Shown: one piece after another, positions 22,201 to 30,075 of the stretch
How positions within the stretch are numbered: the stretch's first letter is position 1
Layout: every line of letters starts with the position of its first letter
DNA from: Cenarchaeum sp.
GTDB taxonomy: Archaea > Thermoproteota > Nitrososphaeria > Nitrososphaerales > Nitrosopumilaceae
Direction of reading: 5' to 3'
Length of the DNA: 64,000 nt
NCBI GenBank assembly: GCA_963693095.2
Contig: OY843768.1
Span: 480,001-544,000 of the forward strand
The notes under the pieces: generated by a model
Database searches by the model: none
Told to the model about the DNA's origin: nothing
What the model saw: the letters and a program-made list of their open reading frames with translations, nothing else
Made by a program: the position numbers and the translations under genes

Positions 22201-25200
22201 CAACGCCGACCGTAAAGTACACGCGCGGCGTGGGTGACGCCGTCGAGATCCTCGGCTCGACCTCTGAGGAGCTAATGTCAGACTCAAAGCGGGCAACTGA
22301 TGCGGCCCCGCCGACTCCCCACTCGGCCGTGACGTCCTCGACGGCCAACGGCGAGAGGCTCGTCATGGCGTTCAGCGAGCCCCTGTACGTTGGATCCGTG
22401 GCCGCCCCCGGAATCACAGACGCTGAGATTACCTCGCAGCTCTCCATCCACGTCGACGGCGCCACGGAAGGCACGGCCCCGTCGTCCATATCGCGAAGCT
22501 CTGATGGCACAGAGCTCACGCTGACCTATACGGGAGTATCGCTCAACCCCGTGGCCGCATCCACGTTTGTCCGCTATGACGGCACGCTGCCTGTAGGCGA
22601 GCGCATTCTAGACGTCGTGCCCAACACGCTGTCTAATGCTGCCCTGGACACGCTCGTGACGGACATGATAGTGCCGTCGATATCATCGGCCAGGACTGCG
22701 GGGGCCACGACGACAGAGGTCACGTACGACGAGCCGATCGCCCTGGTCGGCGACCCCGCCTCACTCTACGCGATAGAATTTCCGGCCGGAACCACGACGT
22801 CCCCCGGCTCTGTGGCCATAAAGACCGGCGATCCCAGCGTGGCCGTCCTGACGCACTCGTCTGTCACGTATGGGGTGGACTCTACTGCGACCCTGGCCTA
22901 CACGGCCGGCACGGCAGTGCTGTCCGTGACTGATGCGGCAGCGGGCGCAAACAGGGCAGAGGCGGCCACGGAGGTGCGAATTGCCGACGGGATCGCCCCA
23001 AAGATAACGGGGGTGGAGACTGAGTCGCAGACGACGACGATCGTGACGCTTGATGGCCCTGTAACGGCCGGCGGTGATGCCGCACAGCGCTCGCGGCACT
23101 GGACCGTGACTGACGTTGACCCTGACGGCACAGGGCCGGTGGCCGCGCCAGACAGGGCAGTCTCGGGAGTCGACACCATTGACGCGGCTGGCGCCATAGC
23201 CACATCGGGCATGAGCATTCGCCTCACGCATGCCGAGCTCTCAGACACGGCCTCGACGCCGACTGTCGCGTATGTCGCGCGCGTCGACAGCAATGCGGAC
23301 GGCACGATCGACGCCTCAGACGAGCCAAGCAGGGTCATCGACCCCGCCGTCGATGTGTCCAGCATGCCGGCGCCAAACATACTGGCCGGCTATACGACGA
23401 CTGCAATTGACAAGGCGCCGCCGGTTATAACGGCAAGGTTTGCGACTGCGACATCGATAACCCTGACGCTCAGCGAGCCCATAGAGCGCACGACGGCGCT
23501 CCTCACGCGCTCCAACTGGGACATTGACAGCGCAGGAACCGGTGACAATCCCCGCCTGCTCCAGACCTCCACGCAAACGGAGACGGCCGTGTCATACCCC
23601 GCCTCCACGCCATTATCCATGACGATTCGCCTTAACGATGCCGCATCTGACAATGTCCACACGCTTACCATCCCGGCCGGTATAGTCGACAGGGCAGATA
23701 CGCCCAACGCCTATGTGGCATCGCGTGCGCTGACCGTCGATCCGATCGCAGGAGTCGCGTTTACGGCAAGTGCGACAGGACAGTCAACGATCGAGATCAC
23801 GTTCACCACGGACGTCGAGAGGATCGGCTCCGCTCCGCTGGCCACCTCGGCATGGATCGTCTACGAGACACCAACACAGGGCACACAGGCAGAGCGCATC
23901 CCGATCTCCTCAGTCTCAGCCCTTGCCGACAACAAGGTGACACTGACGCTCTCGCCCTCGCCTGGCAGGGATGCGCAGACGTCGACTGGAAAAACGCCAT
24001 ACGTCGAGTATGTGCGCGACACCTCTGAGTTTAGGGATGTGGCCACGCGTGTGCCCCTTGCGGCAGAGGCGAGCGCGGTTGCCACTGATGACACCGACCC
24101 GACGATAAAGTCGGCTAGAACGTCATCGACCACGCAGATCACCGTCACGCTCAACGAGCCAGTCGGATTTGTGGGCACGGGAGCCAATGCGCCATCTACG
24201 GCAGGCCAGATCGCGCAGTGGAGTGCATGCGTCCCGCCCGAGGGTTCCTCGTCATGCACTGTGGCCGAGACGCTCTCGAGCATCGGCATAGCCATCTCTG
24301 GCTCCACAGTGACGCTGAACTTTGCGCCGGCTGACGAATGGGAGACAGACGTCGTGCCGGTTGTGACATACCGCAACATCGACGAGCCAGAGGACTCTGA
24401 GACGCCCGTGGCTGACCTCTCGGAGCGCGCGCGCGCACGGCTAGTCGACGTCAACGGCAATGGCATGGACGCAGTGTCGTACCAGTCCGCCGACGGCGTC
24501 GCGCCGGTCATCGTGTCGGCATCTACGGCCTCGGTCAGATCCATCAACGTCGTGCTCTCCGAGGTGTCCGTGTTCGCCCCCGCGTCATCCACGTCGGCAC
24601 AGCGTGGGCCTCACTGGACGGCCACTGTGGATGGCACGAGCAGTGCAGGCTCGACTGCGGCGATATCGACGGTATCAGGCACCTCGACTCTCACGTTCCG
24701 CGTCGCCTCTGAAGGCGCATGGACTGGAGACGACTCCCCGACTGTCGCCTACGTGGACCCTGCCGGTGCCGGACGCGTGACTGACGTGCATGGCAACGCC
24801 ATGCTGGTGGCCTCTGGGGTGATGACGACCAATGTGGCGGCTCCCGAGCTGCTCAGCGCAAGAACGGTGTCGCTTGGCCGCACCGAAGTGGTGGTCTCAA
24901 AACCCGCCCAGATCAACGCTGGCACAGCCGCACAGGTGATTGGGCACTGGTCACTTCTCGACATCGACGGGGGTGACGCCGGCGATGCCCCTGATCCCGT
25001 GACGATCAGGGGTGTCCGCCTAGATGACAGCATATCCCACGAGCCGGCCTCGTCTGTCGTAGAGCTCTCCCTGTCCGGCTCGCTGCCAAATGGTGTCCAC
25101 GAGATAACCGCACGCAACACGATCGCCTCGACGGGGGGCACGACGCCCTCGTCTGACCAGACGACGCGCATTACGTCCTACGTCCCGCCGATGGTCTTTG

Positions 25201-28200
25201 AGGACCTGACCTTGGGTGATGATCGCATATCCCTGCTGTTCAGCCACGATGTGGAAGAGTCCACCATCCTGGGCAGCCTGGTACTGCCATCAACCATGAC
25301 AGTGCGGGGAGACGACCCTGTGTCATTCCAAAGACTCAACAACAAATTGGTCCATGTGGACGTGACGAGGACGCCGGACCTCGTGGAGAGCGTCACAATA
25401 CGGGACACGATACGCTCAACAGAGGGCCACCGGCCGCTCGGCGACCAGGTGATCAGCAAGTCGACCACCTCACAATCCCTCAACGATGCTGACGTGTCTC
25501 CTGACGGACGGTCAATATTGCTCAACTTTGACGCCGAAATCTCTGCAACCACGGCAGTCGTGGCCGCCTTTGAGCTCCCGACAGGAGTCAGCTTTGCCGC
25601 ATCTAGCCCCGTGGTGACCACGGCAGGCTCTACTCTCGTCACGCTCAACCTGTCCTCACAGCTGCCCAGGGGCATTCACACAATCTCGACAAAGGAGACA
25701 CCCGCACTGGTCAGTACGACTAGCTCCGTCCTGTATCCGGGCACGCACACAATTACGTGGGATCCGGAACCACACGTCCTTGAGCACGTCTCGACGTCGC
25801 CGGACGGACGGACAATAACGCTCCACTTTAGCAGGTCAGTGGACACGAGCACGCTCACGCCGGCCAACATTGCGCTCTCGACGGGCACTGCGCTAACGCA
25901 GTCCCAGATATCGCATGCCGTCGGCCCCAGGGTGACGATCACGCTTGATGCGCCGCTGGCCACAGGCACGCACTCTGTGACTGTGCGCACGGGCGTGACT
26001 GCGTCAGGGTACCCACTGCCCAGCGAGACGGTCAGGTCGTTTGTCCACATGCCGTCTGCGCCATCCATCACCTCGGCGTCGCTCTCAGATGACGGGCGAA
26101 CAGTGACGCTGGTCTTTAGCCACGCGCTGGACTCGGCCACAGTCACGCCTGCGGCCCTGTCATACTCTGAGGCCCTTGAAGGCGTGGTCGGGGACAGAAC
26201 GCGCCTGATCATAGATCACGACGATCTCTCCGGACCGGGGGCGGCACCAACACTGTCATACGACCCTGACACGTCGACTAGTGGGACCATTGCCCTCAAT
26301 GGCGTCTCCACGTCGCTGGTGGAGGAGACGCCATCCCTGGCCGTGGCTGACGGCATCCCGCCGCGGCTCGTCGGCGACCCCGAGCTAGTGGGCTGGTCAT
26401 TTGGCAAGATTTTTGGGCCTGACAGCACCGAGCCTCCCCCACGAAACCTGCAAGACGCCGTTAGGTTCACGTTTAGCGAACCGATGAACAGGGATGACCT
26501 GATCGTCACATTCGATGTTGGCGGCGCACAGGTTTCTGCTGCGCCGGGTCAGTTCGCTTTCTATCAGGGTTCTAGTGTGATGGCCCCTGGTAACACCTTT
26601 CTTAACACGCATAGAGGACAAATTATTTTCCCTTTGACATACAAGACCGACGCGGGGATAGTTCGATTTGCCCCCTTGCCTGAATATCGGGATGAATCTA
26701 CGTGGGGCCAGGTCATTCCTGGCTATAACAGCTTTGATCTTCCCCGAGCTGCGCTTGGTGCACACCTTGACACCACGAACATGATATACACGATCTATAA
26801 TCAGGGCGGTGCGACCACAGAGGGTCTTGGTTTCGTTCGATTTATAGATCTGGCAAATCACCCGACCGTTCAACTACGAGACGTGGCCGGAAATCCGTAC
26901 ATTCCCGACCAGTCCAGGAAACATGATGAATTTATCCTAGAGACAGACACTGTGGGTCCGAAGTTTCGTGCCAAAGTGGCCTCGCCGACACAGATCAATG
27001 TAGAGTATCTGGAACCCGTGGAGATCAAGCAGGGTCGGGAGCTGCGATCCGCTGATTGGAGGATAGATCTGACGCCAGACGACGATAGTGACAACGAAGA
27101 CGGCAACCCCAATTGGATTGGGCCCACGGCAGTCACTCACGCGTTTGACGAGTTCCCCAACCCCGAATTCCTCTCCTATGGTGACCTTGGAACCAGGTCG
27201 AGACTCACGGTCATGCTCACAGTAGACCCGCCAACGGAGACTGTGAATGCCATGTCGCCCCTTGACGCGACTTCCCTTAACGTGCACTATGTCGCAAGCT
27301 CGGCAGATGTCGCCGATGCGCGCTCTCATGACGCCGTTGTGCCATTCGCCTTCGAGTACCGTCCAGGGGTAACTGACAACACAGGCCATGACGAAATCGC
27401 GCCGGCTGCGGCATCACTGGTGACCACAGTCGAGCGACCGACTGCCACGGAGGGGGAGTTTGCCGAACGAACAGGCGCGTTTGCGCATTACGCGATGGCT
27501 GGTGACAGGATCACGGTCAGCGCAGTGCTTGACTCACCGGCGCTTGCTGCAACCGCTGACGCGGGAGTGGACGTGGGCGTGCTCACGCCGTACCTGGAGC
27601 TGGGAACATACGCTGTGAACATGGAACAGGGCACCCCGCCGCAATACAGCGTCGTAATTCCCACGACAGTCACTGATGCTGACGGGATAGCGTTTGCCGC
27701 AGACACTAGCCACGCCGTGACGTACGTTGCCTCGCCGCCGACACTCTCAAACCCGAGCTTTGGCGCCCCGTCGAGGATATTCATTGAGACAAGCGAGCCG
27801 CTAGATGACACGACGCTAACGCCCACTAGCGTCAGAGTGGAAGGGCTTGAGACGGTGCGGGTTGACCGCGAGATCGACCGCGTGGTGATAAACACGCGAC
27901 ATGACGCGATCCCAGGAAAATCGTACACGATCCGCATTGCCGACACGGTCACTGACACTGACGGGGTTGCCACGGCCGCAACGACGCTGTCGGTGCAATA
28001 TCCCGTAAAGGCAACTGCGACTGCAAGGTTTGCCAATGACAATCGTCTGGTTATAACGACCAGCGAGTGGATCGTCGAGAGCAATATATTGGACAGATAC
28101 GTATCGCTCTCTGCAGTCGGGGGCACGTCGGAACCGCTGGATCTCGAATCCGCTACATTCTTCTTCCCGCATCTCGGATTTAATATTGATGATGACGTGC

Positions 28201-28943
28201 CGACTGGCACGTACGAGCTCACATTCTCTGACTCGTTCGTGACGAGCGCGGGCACGACGTTTGAGAGCCCGATCCTAGTTGAGCATGTGGCAGGCCTGCG
28301 GACGCCAGAGGGGGCGCCGACGGCATCCAACGTGAGGTTCTTTGGCCCGGAGCACATACAGTTCGAGATGGACCAGTATCCTGCCACATCGACGCTTGAG
28401 AACATTGAGGTTCCGACTCTTGGGGTAAAGCGCGTCTCGCGCGACGCACTGACGATCACGCTGGCCCTGGAGGGCCGCGCCGACAGGGTATCGTGGCAAG
28501 CGTCGTGGATCGTGCCGACTGCGGACTCTACGACGCTGACGCAGGGCCCAATTGACTTTACGATCACCGCCACGGATGCGGCCGGCAACGCAGGCGACAT
28601 TGGGCAGTCAAGCGTGTCGACGGGAACCAACAATGCCATAGTCGACACGACGATGCCGACATTTGAGGCGGCCATCGTGGCCTCGGACCGCACGAGCGTG
28701 ACGTTCGTCGAGCCTGCGCGCGGGACGATCGTGGCGTCCGAGTGGTGCGTCGAGGGCATCGCCTCGGTGGGAGTGTCAGCTGACGGTGTAGAGTTTGCGC
28801 CGTCATACGCTGTCGTTGACGCGGCGACAGTCACGGAGGGCCAGACGTTCATCCTGCGCCATACGGCAGTGCCGCACGGAACCGAGCCGACAGTAGAGTA
28901 CTCGCCAAGCGAGCCGTGCGCGCCAGATGCGCCCAGCGGATAA
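13272..28943 (+). CDS. Giant secreted Ig-like/SwmB-like repeat protein (~5,223 aa), probable surface adhesin or surface-associated megaprotein
   Basis: Signal peptide MWAWRAAVVALVGVVALGAISGVMA|QE. Thr/Ser/Ala/Val/Asp-rich. Dozens of ~90-120 aa beta-strand repeats ('T..VTL.EP..HW.V..LTH..STP.V.Y..D..GN..ADG.AP' and 'GD.I.V..W...GP.EF.I...D..GN'). No C-terminal TM helix. Confidence 0.9.
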   Translation: MWAWRAAVVALVGVVALGAISGVMAQEALTASPLTTRTLVDGVPTQVHAKVGSTISISVETSSAVTITTSDVSFFGRGSQAVAPTSVTGSGTSWEVRLNVVNSHVEGPLRFWITAHDAVMPTSTITLTEADIAGHHVSIDRTRPEFTITPTSSTTTLVTLNEPLSPLVAASRELDVSRWCVNDSQTRQIMCSPDADYNRDVTSATVLSLGLSPVILLTHEPVVHLSDMVVVFDHHDTSTPFLFTDAALNLPAIPASQSGVDASMQRIFVSPPAASSDHVFPFTAEYDVGNRRILVRMGDAIGLTGNLTPANWRVEHGEPSPDVTTNDLLTRTITQSPPSETDLHVRYIGLVPAATVPENANLWVTYTPGGSPPLRVGTAGMILTGSAQFALNPDTRPTTLTVSAQRDSGSGPASYDGDLRASDTITVTMRLREATLSTSVPTISFFGEAAVDMTGTAGGRDWTATLAVRDDDASTDGVNEGTPEGSVEFDITATNVGLTAVRYDESHVTDGSSVSVDRTPPQVRTAKFVDSRSEIHVVPDEPVSHTSLTDLFTATSGGSEVELSDVTFDALRGAYVIEITAAAQGSTYVLTPTAGAITDGAGNALAGSFSVVDESAAPTVTSMSLDVLRADEAGMYVLRSGAHAEYAMADDVIRVTLGLNEITHPITVPTVRFFDQQTPVAMNGSPGDMAWTADFLVTSMTREGSVEFDIVALDYVGNAADIDETGVTDMSDAIVDLTAPLASPSMTFSYTATPTGFTLFFAEDLDDTTVMTSAFVLKSPEGGVVMQSAAPTYAASTPSAQAGVSFTTAALSDGDHTVEIATSLTDRAGNSYVADDVTVYVDTTAPTVTGIATESSTTTIVTLDEAVMADGNAAQRLRHWTVTDDDPDGSSGPIEAPVRAISNVEVIDTEGMAAASGERIRITHASLASTASTPTVAYTPVSTDVGGIGAVTLGLVTDASPPLATRLAAVPATEADDLASPTANDPSFTNARTITFTLSEPVVRTFLERTTVSPSLGTVTVSVDGLRVTLSGTTNAIDGTTYSIEVPSAVNDLRCVGMPDTCEPNMFSLDSVELVYGDTYAPTADSATFLSSSRIDVEVSETLDADTLSGITVSPPLGTLTVTQFDLTVVISFTGTPSAGTEYTVTIPTTVTDAATPPNAFALTTLTETYSADMTQPTLVSATQTSYGVFVLRFSEPITGTTTTGDWFVWDNRAPDLDPDAIRFPAIVNVALDGGFATSATSLTIPGTGALVREITLSVRVESTESRPIVQHVGSGLTDLSGNILRDTDRSNEHGSVRTIDEAPPESLGIVVESTRARQADLVPGIDIGTQLVKTGDTVTFTVEFDGSSSALRTVFPRTTLEVNPTIQYVRGGTTYPLAYHSDVENWSHTLAITGDMPDGLLVPFITIKDQAGNIGEYLGASTNPNACDRIADAIPANRATGCLQGVGLEQGLPRLFPTVDNSPPVIESAETTTTTTTLVTLDEPVLTSTGTPAQIADNWAMTSGTDTVNVSSAAVDGSEVTLTHDTLDTYATPTLTYTRGTTEDAGRIIDRVDNSLAQADSVPVADGTAPAFVSATIGASPSRTVTVIFSEDIARSSVSATTIMLEDSDGTAVGGTLLYHDPDNEDTVAITFPSSAVALDGMYTLRITTGITDASPQANPLPAEATASIALNTEAPYMVSATTRLPASSLLALSGYNTQPGPVSTVLHLYDGAQSRSVVPSPLSAITTVTLSEPVTTPGSATMENVRSHWKVAAGSTDLTVTSVAVSGRTVAITHSIPASTDSTFTVTHTVGDSAGLVMDSANANIADDENAQSSDGIIPLWSARLTGPTTALVTFSEPVMQVPGTTAIDAWRASGRGDLADQRMGEDRYSRANDGDRRLASATLSDDGRSMTLEMSAAIPTDDRAYSATNLPWIKYYPGAFARQSPVPATAIANTIVDLAGNALTDRVYQTGDGIAPVLTVASFDGTTMSVTSSRPLDSATIQGGNFVLRGPGSLTTTHTPTLVAGGTTSAFSLAFSPALTLSGSYTMVLGDVYDTVTTQHPGETRAGNRLVLSEPTVMFLPSGATNPVLASAETLTKTTTQVTFNQPVEGMTSRSQWTITSQGLTINVLGVAAGSATPVDSADPITVARSGATLTMTLLHDAISSGLTPGIDYDPAGDTSIADANRLRDNSNNAVLGTGTTGPTATDGIPPQVSDATFIARNGLRLTFEEPLAQASVTAMGTTFTITDPSGDPVSLASDNPVSYSASSQSVTLILEDFTTEHGDYGITIVGVTDTVSPTANSCTAMTCTTTADREVQLPVLGTTGSLVASVLSGDPLAAKSTNPNIATGGDTLRVALTLAGIVPDPAAPSVIDSALLRDIDIPTISFFGGAEVIMTDVTQAGSPAKSSWSIDYIVPSTPQRDAQAEFSITIGHNLDTATFTRAELTSGTAVSVDTKPPGLSASAADPLYTRTEAVGATAGLGSARNAQVGDVMLVVLTTDEPLSGVILGDATFSSGRAATDVSSDHTSRGITPALPEDTYVYSRTVASDEPEGPVEFSITVRDAVGNTDTLDADDLPTGDDATGYRLSVDRTAPTVSSAMFTSPTVLTITFGESGIQTLPATLTLTRTSTPGTTTSTLTATLSGEPDGASVTYTVPAIQPYAPESAEYTFTLPATILDDALNAYVPPADAIMVSESPVTISSAETSSTTVTDVTLSAPPAALGTDATPATPATPAQIASHWSVSEVIDGTTVTREVTGAAITDSTIRLTHAPLASSSSTPSVAYTAPASRAVGQLVDATSSTLSVQTFSGTAADGAPPVMTARFTTPAIITVTLDSPYVTTPAERAPALSNTMSPMDNAATFTLAQAPPTTLTLSLGGTVDDGTYEFTITVYDSNGNMGVQAFSLDRDSTSIFASARTLSHTSVEVSFALGTALAQGVTSLDPARWTVITPVEGAQGATTITVASVSALADNKVTLTLASPGMVASDGTPDTAATPTVKYTRGVGDAVEILGSTSEELMSDSKRATDAAPPTPHSAVTSSTANGERLVMAFSEPLYVGSVAAPGITDAEITSQLSIHVDGATEGTAPSSISRSSDGTELTLTYTGVSLNPVAASTFVRYDGTLPVGERILDVVPNTLSNAALDTLVTDMIVPSISSARTAGATTTEVTYDEPIALVGDPASLYAIEFPAGTTTSPGSVAIKTGDPSVAVLTHSSVTYGVDSTATLAYTAGTAVLSVTDAAAGANRAEAATEVRIADGIAPKITGVETESQTTTIVTLDGPVTAGGDAAQRSRHWTVTDVDPDGTGPVAAPDRAVSGVDTIDAAGAIATSGMSIRLTHAELSDTASTPTVAYVARVDSNADGTIDASDEPSRVIDPAVDVSSMPAPNILAGYTTTAIDKAPPVITARFATATSITLTLSEPIERTTALLTRSNWDIDSAGTGDNPRLLQTSTQTETAVSYPASTPLSMTIRLNDAASDNVHTLTIPAGIVDRADTPNAYVASRALTVDPIAGVAFTASATGQSTIEITFTTDVERIGSAPLATSAWIVYETPTQGTQAERIPISSVSALADNKVTLTLSPSPGRDAQTSTGKTPYVEYVRDTSEFRDVATRVPLAAEASAVATDDTDPTIKSARTSSTTQITVTLNEPVGFVGTGANAPSTAGQIAQWSACVPPEGSSSCTVAETLSSIGIAISGSTVTLNFAPADEWETDVVPVVTYRNIDEPEDSETPVADLSERARARLVDVNGNGMDAVSYQSADGVAPVIVSASTASVRSINVVLSEVSVFAPASSTSAQRGPHWTATVDGTSSAGSTAAISTVSGTSTLTFRVASEGAWTGDDSPTVAYVDPAGAGRVTDVHGNAMLVASGVMTTNVAAPELLSARTVSLGRTEVVVSKPAQINAGTAAQVIGHWSLLDIDGGDAGDAPDPVTIRGVRLDDSISHEPASSVVELSLSGSLPNGVHEITARNTIASTGGTTPSSDQTTRITSYVPPMVFEDLTLGDDRISLLFSHDVEESTILGSLVLPSTMTVRGDDPVSFQRLNNKLVHVDVTRTPDLVESVTIRDTIRSTEGHRPLGDQVISKSTTSQSLNDADVSPDGRSILLNFDAEISATTAVVAAFELPTGVSFAASSPVVTTAGSTLVTLNLSSQLPRGIHTISTKETPALVSTTSSVLYPGTHTITWDPEPHVLEHVSTSPDGRTITLHFSRSVDTSTLTPANIALSTGTALTQSQISHAVGPRVTITLDAPLATGTHSVTVRTGVTASGYPLPSETVRSFVHMPSAPSITSASLSDDGRTVTLVFSHALDSATVTPAALSYSEALEGVVGDRTRLIIDHDDLSGPGAAPTLSYDPDTSTSGTIALNGVSTSLVEETPSLAVADGIPPRLVGDPELVGWSFGKIFGPDSTEPPPRNLQDAVRFTFSEPMNRDDLIVTFDVGGAQVSAAPGQFAFYQGSSVMAPGNTFLNTHRGQIIFPLTYKTDAGIVRFAPLPEYRDESTWGQVIPGYNSFDLPRAALGAHLDTTNMIYTIYNQGGATTEGLGFVRFIDLANHPTVQLRDVAGNPYIPDQSRKHDEFILETDTVGPKFRAKVASPTQINVEYLEPVEIKQGRELRSADWRIDLTPDDDSDNEDGNPNWIGPTAVTHAFDEFPNPEFLSYGDLGTRSRLTVMLTVDPPTETVNAMSPLDATSLNVHYVASSADVADARSHDAVVPFAFEYRPGVTDNTGHDEIAPAAASLVTTVERPTATEGEFAERTGAFAHYAMAGDRITVSAVLDSPALAATADAGVDVGVLTPYLELGTYAVNMEQGTPPQYSVVIPTTVTDADGIAFAADTSHAVTYVASPPTLSNPSFGAPSRIFIETSEPLDDTTLTPTSVRVEGLETVRVDREIDRVVINTRHDAIPGKSYTIRIADTVTDTDGVATAATTLSVQYPVKATATARFANDNRLVITTSEWIVESNILDRYVSLSAVGGTSEPLDLESATFFFPHLGFNIDDDVPTGTYELTFSDSFVTSAGTTFESPILVEHVAGLRTPEGAPTASNVRFFGPEHIQFEMDQYPATSTLENIEVPTLGVKRVSRDALTITLALEGRADRVSWQASWIVPTADSTTLTQGPIDFTITATDAAGNAGDIGQSSVSTGTNNAIVDTTMPTFEAAIVASDRTSVTFVEPARGTIVASEWCVEGIASVGVSADGVEFAPSYAVVDAATVTEGQTFILRHTAVPHGTEPTVEYSPSEPCAPDAPSG

Positions 28944-28959
28944 GCCCTGCGGGCCGGCC

Positions 28960-30075
28960 CTATAGGGGCCTGAGCCCCGATATTGCGGCTAGGAGGCGAA
29001 GGTTCTGCAATGGCTCGGCCTGTAGGGATTTTGTCGGCGTGAGTCCCTGAACCTCCCCTAGAACCTGCCTTTTAATCTCTGCACTCTCGGCCCCGTGCGA
29101 GTCCTGCCTGCATGCGACCATGGTGTCATTTAGCAACCCTATGGCATCCTGCCTGCTGATGTGCGACTCTGCCACGGCCTTTAGGCATGACGCATACAGC
29201 CATGTCTTTAAGATGCTTAACTTTTGCGCGTCCTCGTCATATATGAAATTCCTAGAGAGGTACTGGCTCTTAAACTTGTTAAACATGCCCCTCTGCTCGT
29301 CTCCCATGCGTATGCCGTCGGCAAAGCTCAGCTGCTCGCTCAGGAACCTGTCTGTGTGCTCCAACACCTCGTCAATTGACGCGTCAGTCGAGGCGTGATC
29401 CACCTTGAACTGCGTGATGGTCGGAAATGTGGTAATGGCATCGTCTATGTCCTTTGGGCTTGATCCGTCTAGCAATACGCCCACATCGTACATCTGCTTT
29501 GGCGCGGCAATGTCCTTCTTCCTGACCGAGTAGCCGATGCTCCCAAAGGAGAGGGACGAGATCTTGTCTGCTAGCAGTGCACCTCGTGTGCTGGCCACTA
29601 TGTCGTGCGTCGTCTCTCCGGCGTACGTCTTGAACCCCCTGGGAATCGTGCAGTGTGGCACATTGACGTTGACGTCATGCATTATGTCTAGCTTAATGCG
29701 GTCTTTCTTGTTGTCCTTGCCGAACTTTGTCTCATATTTCACCGTAAAGCGCGTCACAACGCCTATTCGCTCCATGGGCCGGTCTGGCTTGCACTTTAGT
29801 CCCGCATCCACCATAATCTCGGGCACGACTGACTTTATGCGCTCCTTAGTCTCGCTCGTGAGTATGTCGACGTCCACGCTTAGGCGCGAGGCTTCTGTCC
29901 TGCCAACATAGAACGGCATGCACAGGCCGCCACGAAGGGTGCATCTGACTCTTTTCGACAGCAGCTCGAGGACGTAAAAGTCCATCATTAGCTTTTCCAC
30001 GTTTTCTGGTATGGCAAAATTGTACAGCATTGCGATTCGCTCTATTGCCTCCCTGCTGTGCATGTACCATGTCAT
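28960..30075 (-). CDS. AbiEii/AbiGii-like nucleotidyltransferase (type IV TA toxin-like)
   Basis: 'LRGGLCM', 'RLSVDVDI', 'LLADKISSL', 'KQMYDV' match the AbiEii motif series. ATGA overlap with the upstream gene. Confidence 0.85.
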   Translation of the reverse strand: MTWYMHSREAIERIAMLYNFAIPENVEKLMMDFYVLELLSKRVRCTLRGGLCMPFYVGRTEASRLSVDVDILTSETKERIKSVVPEIMVDAGLKCKPDRPMERIGVVTRFTVKYETKFGKDNKKDRIKLDIMHDVNVNVPHCTIPRGFKTYAGETTHDIVASTRGALLADKISSLSFGSIGYSVRKKDIAAPKQMYDVGVLLDGSSPKDIDDAITTFPTITQFKVDHASTDASIDEVLEHTDRFLSEQLSFADGIRMGDEQRGMFNKFKSQYLSRNFIYDEDAQKLSILKTWLYASCLKAVAESHISRQDAIGLLNDTMVACRQDSHGAESAEIKRQVLGEVQGLTPTKSLQAEPLQNLRLLAAISGLRPL

